Notes: a model not told the origin generated them from the letters alone. DNA of 64,000 nt from an uncultured virus (IMG/VR IMGVR_UViG_3300043436_000696) (IMGVR_UViG_3300043436_000696), one strand, 5' to 3'. Positions 10,675 through 20,608 are shown, counted from the first letter of the stretch. Translations and numbers: made by a program.

Positions 10675-11388
10675 ATGGAAAAACAAGATGTTATAAAACT
10701 AGCAGAAAGTCATGGCGGATGGAGTATGAGTGATTTTCAAAGTAGGTATTTTGTAGTAAATTCACAAGCTACTGATTATCGTAGAGTTAGACAAGCTCTA
10801 CTAGAAATTGAAACACGTATTGCTGCTAAAAAGCAGATTATTCGTGATACTAAAAGAACTGAAGTTAAACTAAAGATTAAAGAAAAAGAGCTTGTAGCTC
10901 AATCAGATGATCTTGAAAAAGAACTTATTCTTTTAGACATAGATCAACTTCAGTATGATATTTCTGTATATGCAAAGAAACTAAGAATCGTAGAAGAAGA
11001 GCTTGATCAGTTTTCAAAGCTTATACTTGAGATAGTTCCTACAGTTGAAGAACTTGAAACATATAAAGAACATAATGATGAGCTTGAAAGAGAATACTGG
11101 ATTTCTCGTATGGCAAAACAGGCTAGTGTAGATATGATTACTACTGGAAGAATTGGTGCTGGTAACTTAGACTCACTTGTAATGATGTCACCACAAGATC
11201 AAGTGCTAACTATTGGTTCTGCTTTATTAAACTCAAAGAAGCTTACTGTAGGTATCAATAAGATTGAAGAAGCTCTTGATACTAACACTAGTCTTCTTGA
11301 AAGTAGTTTCTCTGGATTGTTTGAGAAGAGTGATTTTGTTAAACTGTTATCTGAAAAAAAGGAAAAAACGGATGGCCAAGATATTTAG
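10675..11388 (+). CDS. Coiled-coil hypothetical protein (accessory cassette)
   Basis: 237 aa, long Glu/Lys/Leu heptad-like region after MSDFQSRYFVVNSQATDYRRVRQALLEI. Confidence 0.7.
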   Translation: MEKQDVIKLAESHGGWSMSDFQSRYFVVNSQATDYRRVRQALLEIETRIAAKKQIIRDTKRTEVKLKIKEKELVAQSDDLEKELILLDIDQLQYDISVYAKKLRIVEEELDQFSKLILEIVPTVEELETYKEHNDELEREYWISRMAKQASVDMITTGRIGAGNLDSLVMMSPQDQVLTIGSALLNSKKLTVGINKIEEALDTNTSLLESSFSGLFEKSDFVKLLSEKKEKTDGQDI

Positions 11389-12982
11389 TCTACCAATCAA
11401 TCCTAAGTTATCTGAAAAACAGTTTATAGAGTTTGTAGAGTTTTGTGACAAGTATAAAGACTATATTTCAGATCTATACTTTACATGTAGAGTTCCTCCA
11501 TTTACACAAGATGCAATGGGGGATCTTTTTACTTCTGAGGATGATCCTCAGTATATGATTGATGTAGCACTTTATATTCAGGAAAGAACAGGAATTACAG
11601 CTTCTGCAACCTTTAATAATATATCAGTTAGACCAACACAGGAGAATCTAGATCTTTGGATTGAATCTTTTAAACCTATATATGCTAAAGGAGTTAGATT
11701 ATGTACATTACCTTTTAATCACTGGTTGTTAACTGGTCAGATTCAAAAGGAGTTTCCAGAGTTAGAAGTTAGAGCTTCTATATTGATGGATACAAAAACA
11801 GCCACAGATGCTTATAATGTAGTGACAAGTGGTTTTCATTCTGTATGTATTGATAGAGCTCTAATGAGAGATCAAGATACTATAAAGAAGATAGTTAAGA
11901 TAAAACGTAAAAAACCTTTCAAACTTGTATTATTAGCTAATGAAGGTTGTTTAGGTAAATGTCCAGTAATGTCTGAGCATTATCATTATAATAATACTAG
12001 GACAACTGATAGTCAGTATTTTAACAATCCTATTAGTAGAGTGTCATGTCCAATGTGGGATGTTACTAATAAAGCGGTTGTATTAAAAACTGCAGATATT
12101 CCAGCTTGGAAAGAAGACTGGGATGAGTTTCTTGATATGGGAGTAGATATCTTTAAAATGCATGGTAGAGAAAATGTTAAAAAGATATATGACTCTATGG
12201 ATATTGTTAGAAACTATGCAGAAAATAAGACTATGTTGTATGACATAAATCTTAAGATTAGTGAAGACAATGCTGCTAAGTGGAGGAAGATTATTAAAAC
12301 CTGTCAGTTTGAGTGTTGGAGTTGTAACTTCTGTGATAGAATAGCTGGTGGTGAGTTAGATAAAAAAGCAGTTAGTGTTGCAAATATTTTAGTTGATAGC
12401 GTTAACTCAGATTTTGAAACAACAGTTCCAGGATTATCTAGTCCTAGAATTGATAAGCTTTTGAATGAACTTGGTAAAATATCAACAGGTTATTTAGAAA
12501 TTGGTTGTCTTGGTGGTAGAACTTTTTCTAGTACTATTGCTGGTAATAAGTTAAATGCTTATGCTGTAGATAATTGGAAACAAGGGGTAGCTGCAGAGAA
12601 TAACTCTATTGATATAACTGGTAGTAAAGAGGACTTTATTAAGAATATTATCCCTTATAAGGGACATAATAAGATTAAAGTCTTTAACTGTGATTATATT
12701 GATGTAGATAAAACTAGTATTAAAGATATAGATTTATTTCTATATGATGGAGATCACTCACATAATAGTACAAAACTTGCAGTAGAGTATTTTGCAGATA
12801 CATTTGCAGAAGAATGTATTTTAGTTTTTGATGATGCTAATTGGGAAGGTGTAGTAAGTGGTGCTCTTGCAGGTATAGAAAAAGCTAGATTAACTATTCA
12901 GTATGAGAAAAAACTATTGAATAGTATAGAGGATAAAGACATGTGGTGGAATGGATTGTATATACTGGTTGTTAAAAAGTAA
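11372..12982 (+). CDS. Peptidase-U32-family (Fe-S hydroxylase-like) domain fused to class I SAM methyltransferase
   Basis: Likely start ATG 11372 (MAKIFSLP, 536 aa) rather than 11264. U32-like: LLANEGCLGKCP, GVDIFKMHGRE, plus CQFECWSCNFC. C-terminal Methyltransf_24-like: YLEIGCLGGRT, DLFLYDGDHS, LVFDDANW. Confidence 0.75.
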   Translation: MAKIFSLPINPKLSEKQFIEFVEFCDKYKDYISDLYFTCRVPPFTQDAMGDLFTSEDDPQYMIDVALYIQERTGITASATFNNISVRPTQENLDLWIESFKPIYAKGVRLCTLPFNHWLLTGQIQKEFPELEVRASILMDTKTATDAYNVVTSGFHSVCIDRALMRDQDTIKKIVKIKRKKPFKLVLLANEGCLGKCPVMSEHYHYNNTRTTDSQYFNNPISRVSCPMWDVTNKAVVLKTADIPAWKEDWDEFLDMGVDIFKMHGRENVKKIYDSMDIVRNYAENKTMLYDINLKISEDNAAKWRKIIKTCQFECWSCNFCDRIAGGELDKKAVSVANILVDSVNSDFETTVPGLSSPRIDKLLNELGKISTGYLEIGCLGGRTFSSTIAGNKLNAYAVDNWKQGVAAENNSIDITGSKEDFIKNIIPYKGHNKIKVFNCDYIDVDKTSIKDIDLFLYDGDHSHNSTKLAVEYFADTFAEECILVFDDANWEGVVSGALAGIEKARLTIQYEKKLLNSIEDKDMWWNGLYILVVKK

Positions 12983-12984
12983 TC

Positions 12985-13857
12985 ATGGAAGTATTAATTA
13001 AATTATTAGATGGTATATGGTTTGTCCCTTTTGTGGCAGCTATTATGTTTTTAACTAATATTATCAATGCCAAGGGATACTTTGTACCGTTTTATAAGTT
13101 TTTGGAAAAGAAGATAAAGTCTAAAAGATTACTGATTGCTTTAATTAGTGCAGTGTCTGGAGTACTTCCAGTTCCAGGTAGAGTTATAATTAGTGCTGGT
13201 GCACTTGATACGTTAGCACCAAATGATGATAGAAAAAAGAAGTATGGTATAATAAACTATCTATCTACTCATCACTATTATCTTTGGTCTCCATTGGAAG
13301 CTACGGTGCTAATTCCACTTTCTGTATTAGGTATAAGTTACTTTTATTTCTTATCTATAGTTGCTCCTTTGCTGATAACTATTATCGGGATTACACTATA
13401 TTACATATTTTATGTTCTTAAAGAAGATGACATTGTAATAAGTAAAATAGAACATAAAAAAGATAAGACTGTAAAAAATATAAAGTGGGATGTGGTAATG
13501 CTAACAGCTTTAGTCATTATTCTAGGTAATGGAATAAAAATGTATTCAGATACTATTGTAAACTTTTTTATGTCTTTTAATAGTGGTGTATTTTTTGCAT
13601 CTATTATAGCTTTTATAAGCAGTTTTGTTTTAGGATCTAGTAGTAAGTTTGCAGGAATAACTACATTGTTAGTTACAGTTTTTGGTCTGAATTACTTACC
13701 ACTATTTTTTGCATTAGGTTATTCTGGTTATTTAGTAAGTCCAATGCATAAATGTTTGATTATTACAAAAAGTTATTTTAACTTAAGTATAGAGCTATAT
13801 AAGATCCTACTTCTTATAGGAGCAGTTTTAGTTACAGTAGGATATTTGTTAGTATAA
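12985..13857 (+). CDS. Multi-pass inner-membrane permease, DUF401/ion-transporter-superfamily-like
   Basis: About 8-9 hydrophobic helices; GVLPVPGRVIISA, INYLSTHHYYLWSPL and GYLVSPMHKCLIITKSYF recall DUF401-family motifs. Confidence 0.6.
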   Translation: MEVLIKLLDGIWFVPFVAAIMFLTNIINAKGYFVPFYKFLEKKIKSKRLLIALISAVSGVLPVPGRVIISAGALDTLAPNDDRKKKYGIINYLSTHHYYLWSPLEATVLIPLSVLGISYFYFLSIVAPLLITIIGITLYYIFYVLKEDDIVISKIEHKKDKTVKNIKWDVVMLTALVIILGNGIKMYSDTIVNFFMSFNSGVFFASIIAFISSFVLGSSSKFAGITTLLVTVFGLNYLPLFFALGYSGYLVSPMHKCLIITKSYFNLSIELYKILLLIGAVLVTVGYLLV

Positions 13858-13868
13858 AATTTTAATTA

Positions 13869-14714
13869 ATGCCATTACAATCATCAGGTGCTATAAGCAT
13901 CAGTCAAATAAGAACGGAACTAGGATCTAGTTCATATAGTCTTAGAACACTATCTGCGGCTGCTGGTAAATCTACACCAGATGCTATGAGTGAGTTCTAT
14001 GGATATAGTAATGTATCATGGCCTAGTGGTATGACAGCTAGATATGATGTTGCTAATTATACTGGTAGTACAATACCTGACTCTACAGGTAACGGATACA
14101 CTATGTCAGTATCAGGAGTAACTTATGTTTCTAATAGCGGTAATCCATATATACAGACAATTAACGGTTCTTCTAATCAATCTATTACTGGTAACTCTTC
14201 TTTATATGGATCTGATTTTACTTGGTGTACAGCATTAGCTATAACAGGATCAAATGGTGACTGGGGTAGTTTTTGGTGGTCAGAAGCTGGATCTAAAAAC
14301 TTTTTATCTGCTCACTATGCTCCAAACTGGAACCAAACAAGTTCATGGTTTCCAAGATTTGACACAGCTAGTTCTTCATATGTTCCTTGGAATGGAGGTA
14401 CGGGTACGACTAACAACGGTACTAGTCCAGTTAGTGCATCTGCAGATTATATATCAACAAGTCCTATGCATTTGTTAACTATTAGAAAAAGTGGTAATAC
14501 TCTTACATGGTGGGATAACACTACTTGTATTTGGACTTTTACAGGCTTTAGTACATTTAGTATTGGTGCACCTAATCAGGAGGTAGGATTTTTAAACAGA
14601 AATGGCGGTGGTTATGTAACTCCAGCTAAATGGAGATTTATGGGAATGTTTAATAGAGCATTATCTGATGCTGAAATCGGTACTGTACAAACTTTAATGA
14701 CATCTTATTCTTAA
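13869..14714 (+). CDS. Putative fibre-tip adhesin: fibre-docking N-terminus plus ConA/LamG-like lectin domain
   Basis: MPLQSSGAISISQIRTELG...MSEFYG N-terminus typical of genes following S74 fibres; YD...DSTGNG start and MFNRALSDAEI end of a LamG-like fold; Trp-rich. Confidence 0.7.
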   Translation: MPLQSSGAISISQIRTELGSSSYSLRTLSAAAGKSTPDAMSEFYGYSNVSWPSGMTARYDVANYTGSTIPDSTGNGYTMSVSGVTYVSNSGNPYIQTINGSSNQSITGNSSLYGSDFTWCTALAITGSNGDWGSFWWSEAGSKNFLSAHYAPNWNQTSSWFPRFDTASSSYVPWNGGTGTTNNGTSPVSASADYISTSPMHLLTIRKSGNTLTWWDNTTCIWTFTGFSTFSIGAPNQEVGFLNRNGGGYVTPAKWRFMGMFNRALSDAEIGTVQTLMTSYS

Positions 14715-14732
14715 CTATAACATTATATTATT

Positions 14733-14894
14733 ATGACTTACTCTTTTAATTTTAATTTAAAACTATTTGTTAAATACATCTTAGTTGTTTTATTTTCTTT
14801 AATGATAGTAAAATTATTAACTTTTACTCCTGGTAAAATGATTATTACTAATCCAATTCACAGAATCTCAGCTGATTCTGTAAACGCATTCTAA
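14733..14894 (+). CDS. Small single-pass membrane protein (53 aa; not in ORF track)
   Basis: MTYSFNFNLKLFVKYILVVLFSLMIVKLLTFTPGKMIITNPIHRISADSVNAF*; fills the 200-nt gap with short spacers on both sides. Confidence 0.5.
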   Translation: MTYSFNFNLKLFVKYILVVLFSLMIVKLLTFTPGKMIITNPIHRISADSVNAF

Positions 14895-14914
14895 TATAAT
14901 ATAAATACTTTTTA

Positions 14915-17900
14915 ATGGCAGCTCTACTAAATGTAAAACAATTTGTAAGATTTGATGAACATGGTAATTTGAATGTTCCCAATAAGCTATTGGTAGCTTG
15001 TCAAGCTCATGTACAAACTCCCTTGCTTGGTGATAATTCTAATAGAGTAGCCACAACAGAATGGGTAAGAGCACAATTAACAAGTATAACAGGAGTTTCT
15101 TTTTCTGAAACTGATCCTATTTGGGCATCTGATAAAACTTATTATTATACTAAGTTACAATCTGATGCTAGATATTTACAATCATTTACAGAAACAGATC
15201 CTACTGTACCAGCTTGGGCTAAGACAAGTGTTAAACCTACATATACTTTTGCTGAACTATTATCTAAACCTACAACAATTGCAGGATATGGTATAACAGA
15301 TATACCTACAACACTTCCAGCATCTGATGTTTATGCTTGGGCTAAAGCTGCTACTAAACCTAGTTATGCTTATAATGAGATAACAGGACTGCCTACATTA
15401 TTTTCAGGTAGCTATACTGATCTAACAAACAAGCCTACATTATTCAGTGGTGCTTATACTGATTTGACTGGTAAGCCAACTTTGTTTAGTGGTGCATATG
15501 CAGACCTTACAGGTAAACCTACTATACCTACTAATAATAATGAGCTTACTAACGGTGCTGGTTACCTAACAAGTTATACAGAGACTGATCCAATTTGGAC
15601 ATCTGAAAAAGCTAATTATGCTTTAAAGACTTATGTTGATACTAGCATTTCTAACTTAGTTGCTTCTGCACCTGCAACATTAAATACTCTTAACGAGTTA
15701 GCTTTGGCTCTTGGTAGTGATGCTAATTTTGCTACTACAGTATCTACTAGTATAGGAAATAGAGTACCTTATACAGGAGCAACTACTGGATTAAACATGG
15801 GTAATAATCCAATTACTACAAATAACTTTTTTTTTGGCAAAGCAATAGAATTAGATGCAGGTATTGAGGAGGTTGGAGGTTCTGTAATTTTTAGGCAAAG
15901 AGCAGGTGCATCAGGTGGTGGTGCAAACTATACAACTTTTAGTGCAATTGGTAATAACATTTTAAGTTATGGTTTTTGGCAAGATGCTCCAAGCGGTACT
16001 AATAGGTATAAATTTTTCTCATTTAGGGTTGATAATATAACAATAGGTACAAATAGGACATACCAAATGCCTGACGCTTCAGGTACTTTAGCTTTAACAT
16101 CTAATATACCTTCTATTACAGGTCTTGTTCCATATACAGGAGCAACTTCTACTGTTAATTTAGGGACTAATGTTATATATTTTAATAGTGCATTTGTTGA
16201 AGGTAATGGTAGTACTTATGGTGGAGCAATAGCTATTAAGCAGTATACATCGTCTATTGTTACTGGTTCTGGATATACTTGTTTATTTGCAAGTCCATCT
16301 ACATTAGGAATGACATTTGGTACAAGTAATAGTGCTTTTTTTGATGGTTCTGCTTTAACTTCAAATAGAACTTATACTTTACCAAATTCAACGGGTACAA
16401 TAGCATTGACAAGTAATATACCAAGTTTAGCAAATTATGTAACTCTTGATGGAACTCAAACAATTACTGGGGATAAAACTTTTACAAGTGATTTAAAATC
16501 TGCAATGATTTCTATTGCTAATTCAAACACTCTTTATACAAGAACAGGATATACAACTTTAAGTGCATCTTCTATATCTACAACTGGATGGATTGCATTT
16601 TCTTGGGGTAATACAAATTCAGCTACACTTGCATTTAATAATGCAGCACAATATACTTACACATTCCCTGCTGCAACTGGTACAATAGCATTGACATCAA
16701 ATTTATCTGCTTACGTACCAACTACTAGGACTATTACAATTAATGGAACTGCTTTAGATTTATCAGCAGATAGAGCTTGGACTATTACTACTGGTTCAAC
16801 TTATACATTACCAACTGCAAGTGCTACTGTTCTTGGTGGTATAAAAGTGGGTACTAATCTTTCTATAGATGTTAATGGTGTTTTATCATCAACAGATACA
16901 AATACATGGAATGCTAATACTAAAGATGTAGCTGGTTATGTTTCCGCTCCAGGAGCAGTAGCAAACAAAGTATGGAAAACAGACGGAAGTGGAAATCCTG
17001 CTTGGCGTGATGATGCTGATACTATTGTTACATCATTAGCTTGGACTAGTATTACTAGTAGACCAACTGCATTATCTCAGTTTACAAATGACTTAGGAAA
17101 CTATGGTAGTTGGATTACATCTTCTGGGACGGCAGCTGCTGTAAGTCAAACTGTTGCAGCTAACGTAGAGGGTAATTTAGTATATGGAAATATGGCTGAC
17201 AATGACCAGTTTAGAATAAGAATTGGCGGGGCATCAAATGCAGGATGGGTAGAATTAGCTACAGCTGATGATGGAACTGAGCCTATTTATGTCAGACAAT
17301 ATACAGGAGTATTTACAACAGTTGCTAGAACAGCTACTTTGTTAGATGGATCTGGTAATACATCATTTCCTGGCTCAGTAACTGCAAATAATTTTATAGG
17401 TTATCTAACTGGAAATATTAGTGGTAGTGCAGATTCTGCAACATATGGAAGATATGCTTATGATAATGGGCTAAATGGTGGAAGTGTTGGATATAAAGAA
17501 CCAGCTGCTTTACATGTAAATTATGCTACTGATTCTCTTAGGACTACATATGCCCAGATTGGATTTTATGTAAGAAACTATACTGCTCTTGGTGCAAGAA
17601 ACGCAGAGATGACGTTTTATTGGTCTGGGCAAGCAGGTCAGCCTACATGGTTATGGGGTAGTAATAATGGAACAGATATATATGTATGGAATCCAGCAAA
17701 CTTTTCTGTAAATTATGCTACTACTGCTGGTAGTGCTACTGATGCTACTAAACTTCCACTAGCTGGGGGAACATTAACAGGTGATTTAGGTATTAATGGG
17801 GGAGCTGGGAATGTTCCTTTGTCTATGAATAGTACAGAGCCTTATATGCACATTATTGCAAATGGTGCAAGTAATACAGCTGGCATTAGACTTTATCCTA

Positions 17901-18448
17901 CAAATGGTTACAATGCGTTGATAGGTAACTTTAGAGCTTCTGGTGAATTAGTACTTGTAGCTTCTAACACAGAAGCTGTATTTATTAATAGTAATAGTAT
18001 ACGTGTAAATAAGTATAGATTCAATGGGAATGGTACATTGTCTGGTAATGGATTAGTTGAAATTGTTGATATGGCTGAGGTTGGGATGGCAACACAAGCA
18101 AATTCATATAGATGGTATAGTGCTAATGCTGCTTCTATATTAATGTCATTAAATACATCAGGGGATCTTACTGCTAATGCATTCTTTGAATCTTCAGACA
18201 TTAGATATAAAGATGTAATTGAAACTAATCCTAAATTAACTCTTGAAGGACTTGATGTTATTAAGTTTACACGAAGAGGTAGTAAACTTATTAGATATGG
18301 TTACTCAGCTCAACAAGTTAAATCTTTATCAGAAGATTTAGTAGGTGGTACTAAAGATGATTTAACTGTAAATTATTCTGATGTACACACTCTTAAAATA
18401 GCGGCTTTAGAAAAACGTATTGCAGAACTTGAAGCTAAATTAAAATAA
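14915..18448 (+). CDS. Tail fibre protein with C-terminal S74-like chaperone
   Basis: 1177 aa; ETDP repeats, APATLNTLNELALALG module, YTLPTASATVLGGIKVG motif, C-terminal SSDIRYKD...GYSAQQV...LEKRIAELEAKL. Confidence 0.9.
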   Translation: MAALLNVKQFVRFDEHGNLNVPNKLLVACQAHVQTPLLGDNSNRVATTEWVRAQLTSITGVSFSETDPIWASDKTYYYTKLQSDARYLQSFTETDPTVPAWAKTSVKPTYTFAELLSKPTTIAGYGITDIPTTLPASDVYAWAKAATKPSYAYNEITGLPTLFSGSYTDLTNKPTLFSGAYTDLTGKPTLFSGAYADLTGKPTIPTNNNELTNGAGYLTSYTETDPIWTSEKANYALKTYVDTSISNLVASAPATLNTLNELALALGSDANFATTVSTSIGNRVPYTGATTGLNMGNNPITTNNFFFGKAIELDAGIEEVGGSVIFRQRAGASGGGANYTTFSAIGNNILSYGFWQDAPSGTNRYKFFSFRVDNITIGTNRTYQMPDASGTLALTSNIPSITGLVPYTGATSTVNLGTNVIYFNSAFVEGNGSTYGGAIAIKQYTSSIVTGSGYTCLFASPSTLGMTFGTSNSAFFDGSALTSNRTYTLPNSTGTIALTSNIPSLANYVTLDGTQTITGDKTFTSDLKSAMISIANSNTLYTRTGYTTLSASSISTTGWIAFSWGNTNSATLAFNNAAQYTYTFPAATGTIALTSNLSAYVPTTRTITINGTALDLSADRAWTITTGSTYTLPTASATVLGGIKVGTNLSIDVNGVLSSTDTNTWNANTKDVAGYVSAPGAVANKVWKTDGSGNPAWRDDADTIVTSLAWTSITSRPTALSQFTNDLGNYGSWITSSGTAAAVSQTVAANVEGNLVYGNMADNDQFRIRIGGASNAGWVELATADDGTEPIYVRQYTGVFTTVARTATLLDGSGNTSFPGSVTANNFIGYLTGNISGSADSATYGRYAYDNGLNGGSVGYKEPAALHVNYATDSLRTTYAQIGFYVRNYTALGARNAEMTFYWSGQAGQPTWLWGSNNGTDIYVWNPANFSVNYATTAGSATDATKLPLAGGTLTGDLGINGGAGNVPLSMNSTEPYMHIIANGASNTAGIRLYPTNGYNALIGNFRASGELVLVASNTEAVFINSNSIRVNKYRFNGNGTLSGNGLVEIVDMAEVGMATQANSYRWYSANAASILMSLNTSGDLTANAFFESSDIRYKDVIETNPKLTLEGLDVIKFTRRGSKLIRYGYSAQQVKSLSEDLVGGTKDDLTVNYSDVHTLKIAALEKRIAELEAKLK
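15392..15523 (+). repeat. Three tandem 42-nt coding repeats (PTLFSG[SA]Y[TA]DLT[NG]K)
   Basis: cctacattattttcaggtagctatactgatctaacaaacaag followed by two diverged copies. Confidence 0.85.
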
Positions 18449-18449
18449 C

Positions 18450-19973
18450 ATGGCGTATAATGATTTAGAAAATAATCAAACTGTTAGTTTTACTAATTTA
18501 CAAAGTGGAGTTTCACAAGGCATATTTACTGCTAAAGCTACAATACCAACTAGTAATAGACAGGTAACAAAAGCTCAAGTTGATTCTTATATAAATATTA
18601 ATACAGCACTTCCATCATATATTGCAAAACCATCAAATAAATTAATTACTAAAGGAGATCTATCAGGAATTACTTCTACTTCTTCCTATATATTATATGG
18701 TGTGGCAGGTAACACTGCTTATAAATCTATAGATGGAGGAACCACTTTTACAGCTTTATCAGGTCTTACATCAGCTTACAACTGGATGGGGATAGCAGGA
18801 GATAGTACAGGAAATTATATTGCAGTTGTTACTAATTCATTAAATCTTGTAGTTTATCTATCTAGTGATGGTGGTTCAACATTCACACAAAAATTAATAA
18901 GTGGGGTTTTTAGTGGCAACTTTTATCCAACAGGTGTAGCTATGTCTAATAATGGACAATATATAGGTATAGCAGGTCTAACAAACACATTAAGTGCAGG
19001 AGGTCTTAAACAAGCTATGCTTGTAGCATCATCAGATTATGGCAATTCATTTAGTGCTATATACACAGATTCTATGAATGTTAATATGTATCAAGACTAT
19101 CCATTTAAAATATCAGTATCAGGCAATGGCCAATATATGACTGCTGTTTATTCCTATGAAGTAGAGCCAGGATTTATTCCTATTAATAGACCAAGACCTT
19201 GGTCATTTAGAATTTACTCAACTAACTATGGATCTACTTGGACAAGAAGTGGAGGTAGCGAGTTTTCAAGATTTTTTGATATTGCATTAGATGGTACAGG
19301 TCAAAATCAATTTTTAACAAGCGATTGGGCTAGACCGGGATTAGGTGGATCACAAGGTATAAAAGCATTTGTTACAAATAATTTCGGTGTTAATTGGAAT
19401 GAAAGATATTCAAATACTGTTGGACTTTCTCGGCCAAGACAGGTAGGATTTATCTCTGCCACTATATCAGATAATGGCCAAGTTATGGTGGGATCTACAA
19501 ACGAAACCACAGCTACACCATATTACAATCCCTCAAATTATTCACCTTTAGTTGTAGTATCATTTAATTCAGGCAGTACTTTTGCACAAAGTGGTGGGTA
19601 TAGAAATGCTATAGAAATAGCTGGTGGTACAGCTATCACTACAGGTATTACAAATAATTATATTGCAATGATGCTAAATAATATAGGACAGTTTAATTAT
19701 AGTAATTCAGGTGGAGCGAGTTTTATACCTAAAGCTACAACAGCTCGTGCTTGGAATCAAATTTATAGAAAAGCTCTTATATATAATCCAAATAATTATC
19801 CTGCTGCTGGGACATTTATTGATAGTGTATGTGTCAATTGTGATTTATACGCTATAAGAGCAGATGGTAATGGAGGAACCTATCAGGCAGAAGTACTTCA
19901 GTATAATACAGAAGCATGTTGTACTATTGGTCCAGGCGGTGGAGGCGGTGGGGGTGATGGAGATATTGTATAA
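18450..19973 (+). CDS. Asp-box (BNR) beta-propeller protein, putative fibre-associated adhesin
   Basis: Repeated S-x-[DN]-x-G-x-[TS]-[FW] motifs (SIDGGTTF, SSDGGSTF, SSDYGNSF, STNYGSTW, SFNSGSTF); directly follows the third fibre. Confidence 0.75.
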   Translation: MAYNDLENNQTVSFTNLQSGVSQGIFTAKATIPTSNRQVTKAQVDSYININTALPSYIAKPSNKLITKGDLSGITSTSSYILYGVAGNTAYKSIDGGTTFTALSGLTSAYNWMGIAGDSTGNYIAVVTNSLNLVVYLSSDGGSTFTQKLISGVFSGNFYPTGVAMSNNGQYIGIAGLTNTLSAGGLKQAMLVASSDYGNSFSAIYTDSMNVNMYQDYPFKISVSGNGQYMTAVYSYEVEPGFIPINRPRPWSFRIYSTNYGSTWTRSGGSEFSRFFDIALDGTGQNQFLTSDWARPGLGGSQGIKAFVTNNFGVNWNERYSNTVGLSRPRQVGFISATISDNGQVMVGSTNETTATPYYNPSNYSPLVVVSFNSGSTFAQSGGYRNAIEIAGGTAITTGITNNYIAMMLNNIGQFNYSNSGGASFIPKATTARAWNQIYRKALIYNPNNYPAAGTFIDSVCVNCDLYAIRADGNGGTYQAEVLQYNTEACCTIGPGGGGGGGDGDIV

Positions 19974-20020
19974 TTCACATATGTTAATATGTCATTGGCA
20001 TAGTTATTGATTAATATACA

Positions 20021-20028
20021 TAACTTTG
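20021..20028 (+). promoter_or_regulatory. Bacteroidota -7 promoter box (TAACTTTG)
   Basis: Exact TAnnTTTG in the intergenic gap, 27 nt before ORF 20056; -33 element spacing not convincing. Confidence 0.4.
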
Positions 20029-20055
20029 TATTGATTAATCTTTTAAAACCCATTT

Positions 20056-20571
20056 ATGGAAAAAATTACATTAAAACTTTATGAGTTCTACAATCTAGAA
20101 GCTGAACTCAATGGTTTAACCAACCAACAAACTGGTGAAAAAACTAGCTCTGGTTTACTACAAGAAAAGTTACCTTTAGTAACTAAGTACTGGTTATCTG
20201 ACTTAGGTAAGAAAGTAGCAGCTGAAAAGGCTGCAGTGGAAGAACTTAAAAATGACTTGATCAAGAAGTATGGTAAAGAGGACGACAAAGGTGGTATCTC
20301 TATTCCTATGGTAATTGATGAGGTGGATGCTGAAGGAAATGTGGTGTATACTACCCCAGATGCTGAAGGTAAGTCGTCTCCTAAAAAAGTGTTAAACCCA
20401 GACTTCCAGCAGTTTGAAAAAGAGTTCAACGAGCTTTTACAAACTGATAAAGAATTGGAATATAGCACTATCAAATTAGCAGATTTCGCTAATGTAGAAA
20501 CCTCTGAAAACTACAGTACTTTCTTTAAGCTTGTAAAGGTAGAAGAAGCTAAGGTAGTCCCTATGAGCTAA
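20056..20571 (+). CDS. Acidic helical phage protein (DUF1617-like; possible tail-fibre assembly factor)
   Basis: KLPLVTKYWL...DLIKKYGKED...FEKEFNELL pattern common in genes downstream of fibres. Confidence 0.5.
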   Translation: MEKITLKLYEFYNLEAELNGLTNQQTGEKTSSGLLQEKLPLVTKYWLSDLGKKVAAEKAAVEELKNDLIKKYGKEDDKGGISIPMVIDEVDAEGNVVYTTPDAEGKSSPKKVLNPDFQQFEKEFNELLQTDKELEYSTIKLADFANVETSENYSTFFKLVKVEEAKVVPMS

Positions 20572-20608
20572 GAACTAGAGAGCAACCGAGCTCCTATAAT
20601 ACGTACTT

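Noticed and set aside
11264..11371. Longer start for the U32-methyltransferase giving an apparent signal-like N-terminus
   Set aside because: Uses a TTG deep inside the upstream gene; ATG 11372 gives a short overlap typical of this genome and a sensible domain start.
15392..15523. CRISPR-like array
   Set aside because: Contiguous in-frame coding repeats without spacers.
18450..19973. Active sialidase
   Set aside because: Asp-boxes are present but I could not identify the RIP motif or arginine triad; only the propeller fold is supported.
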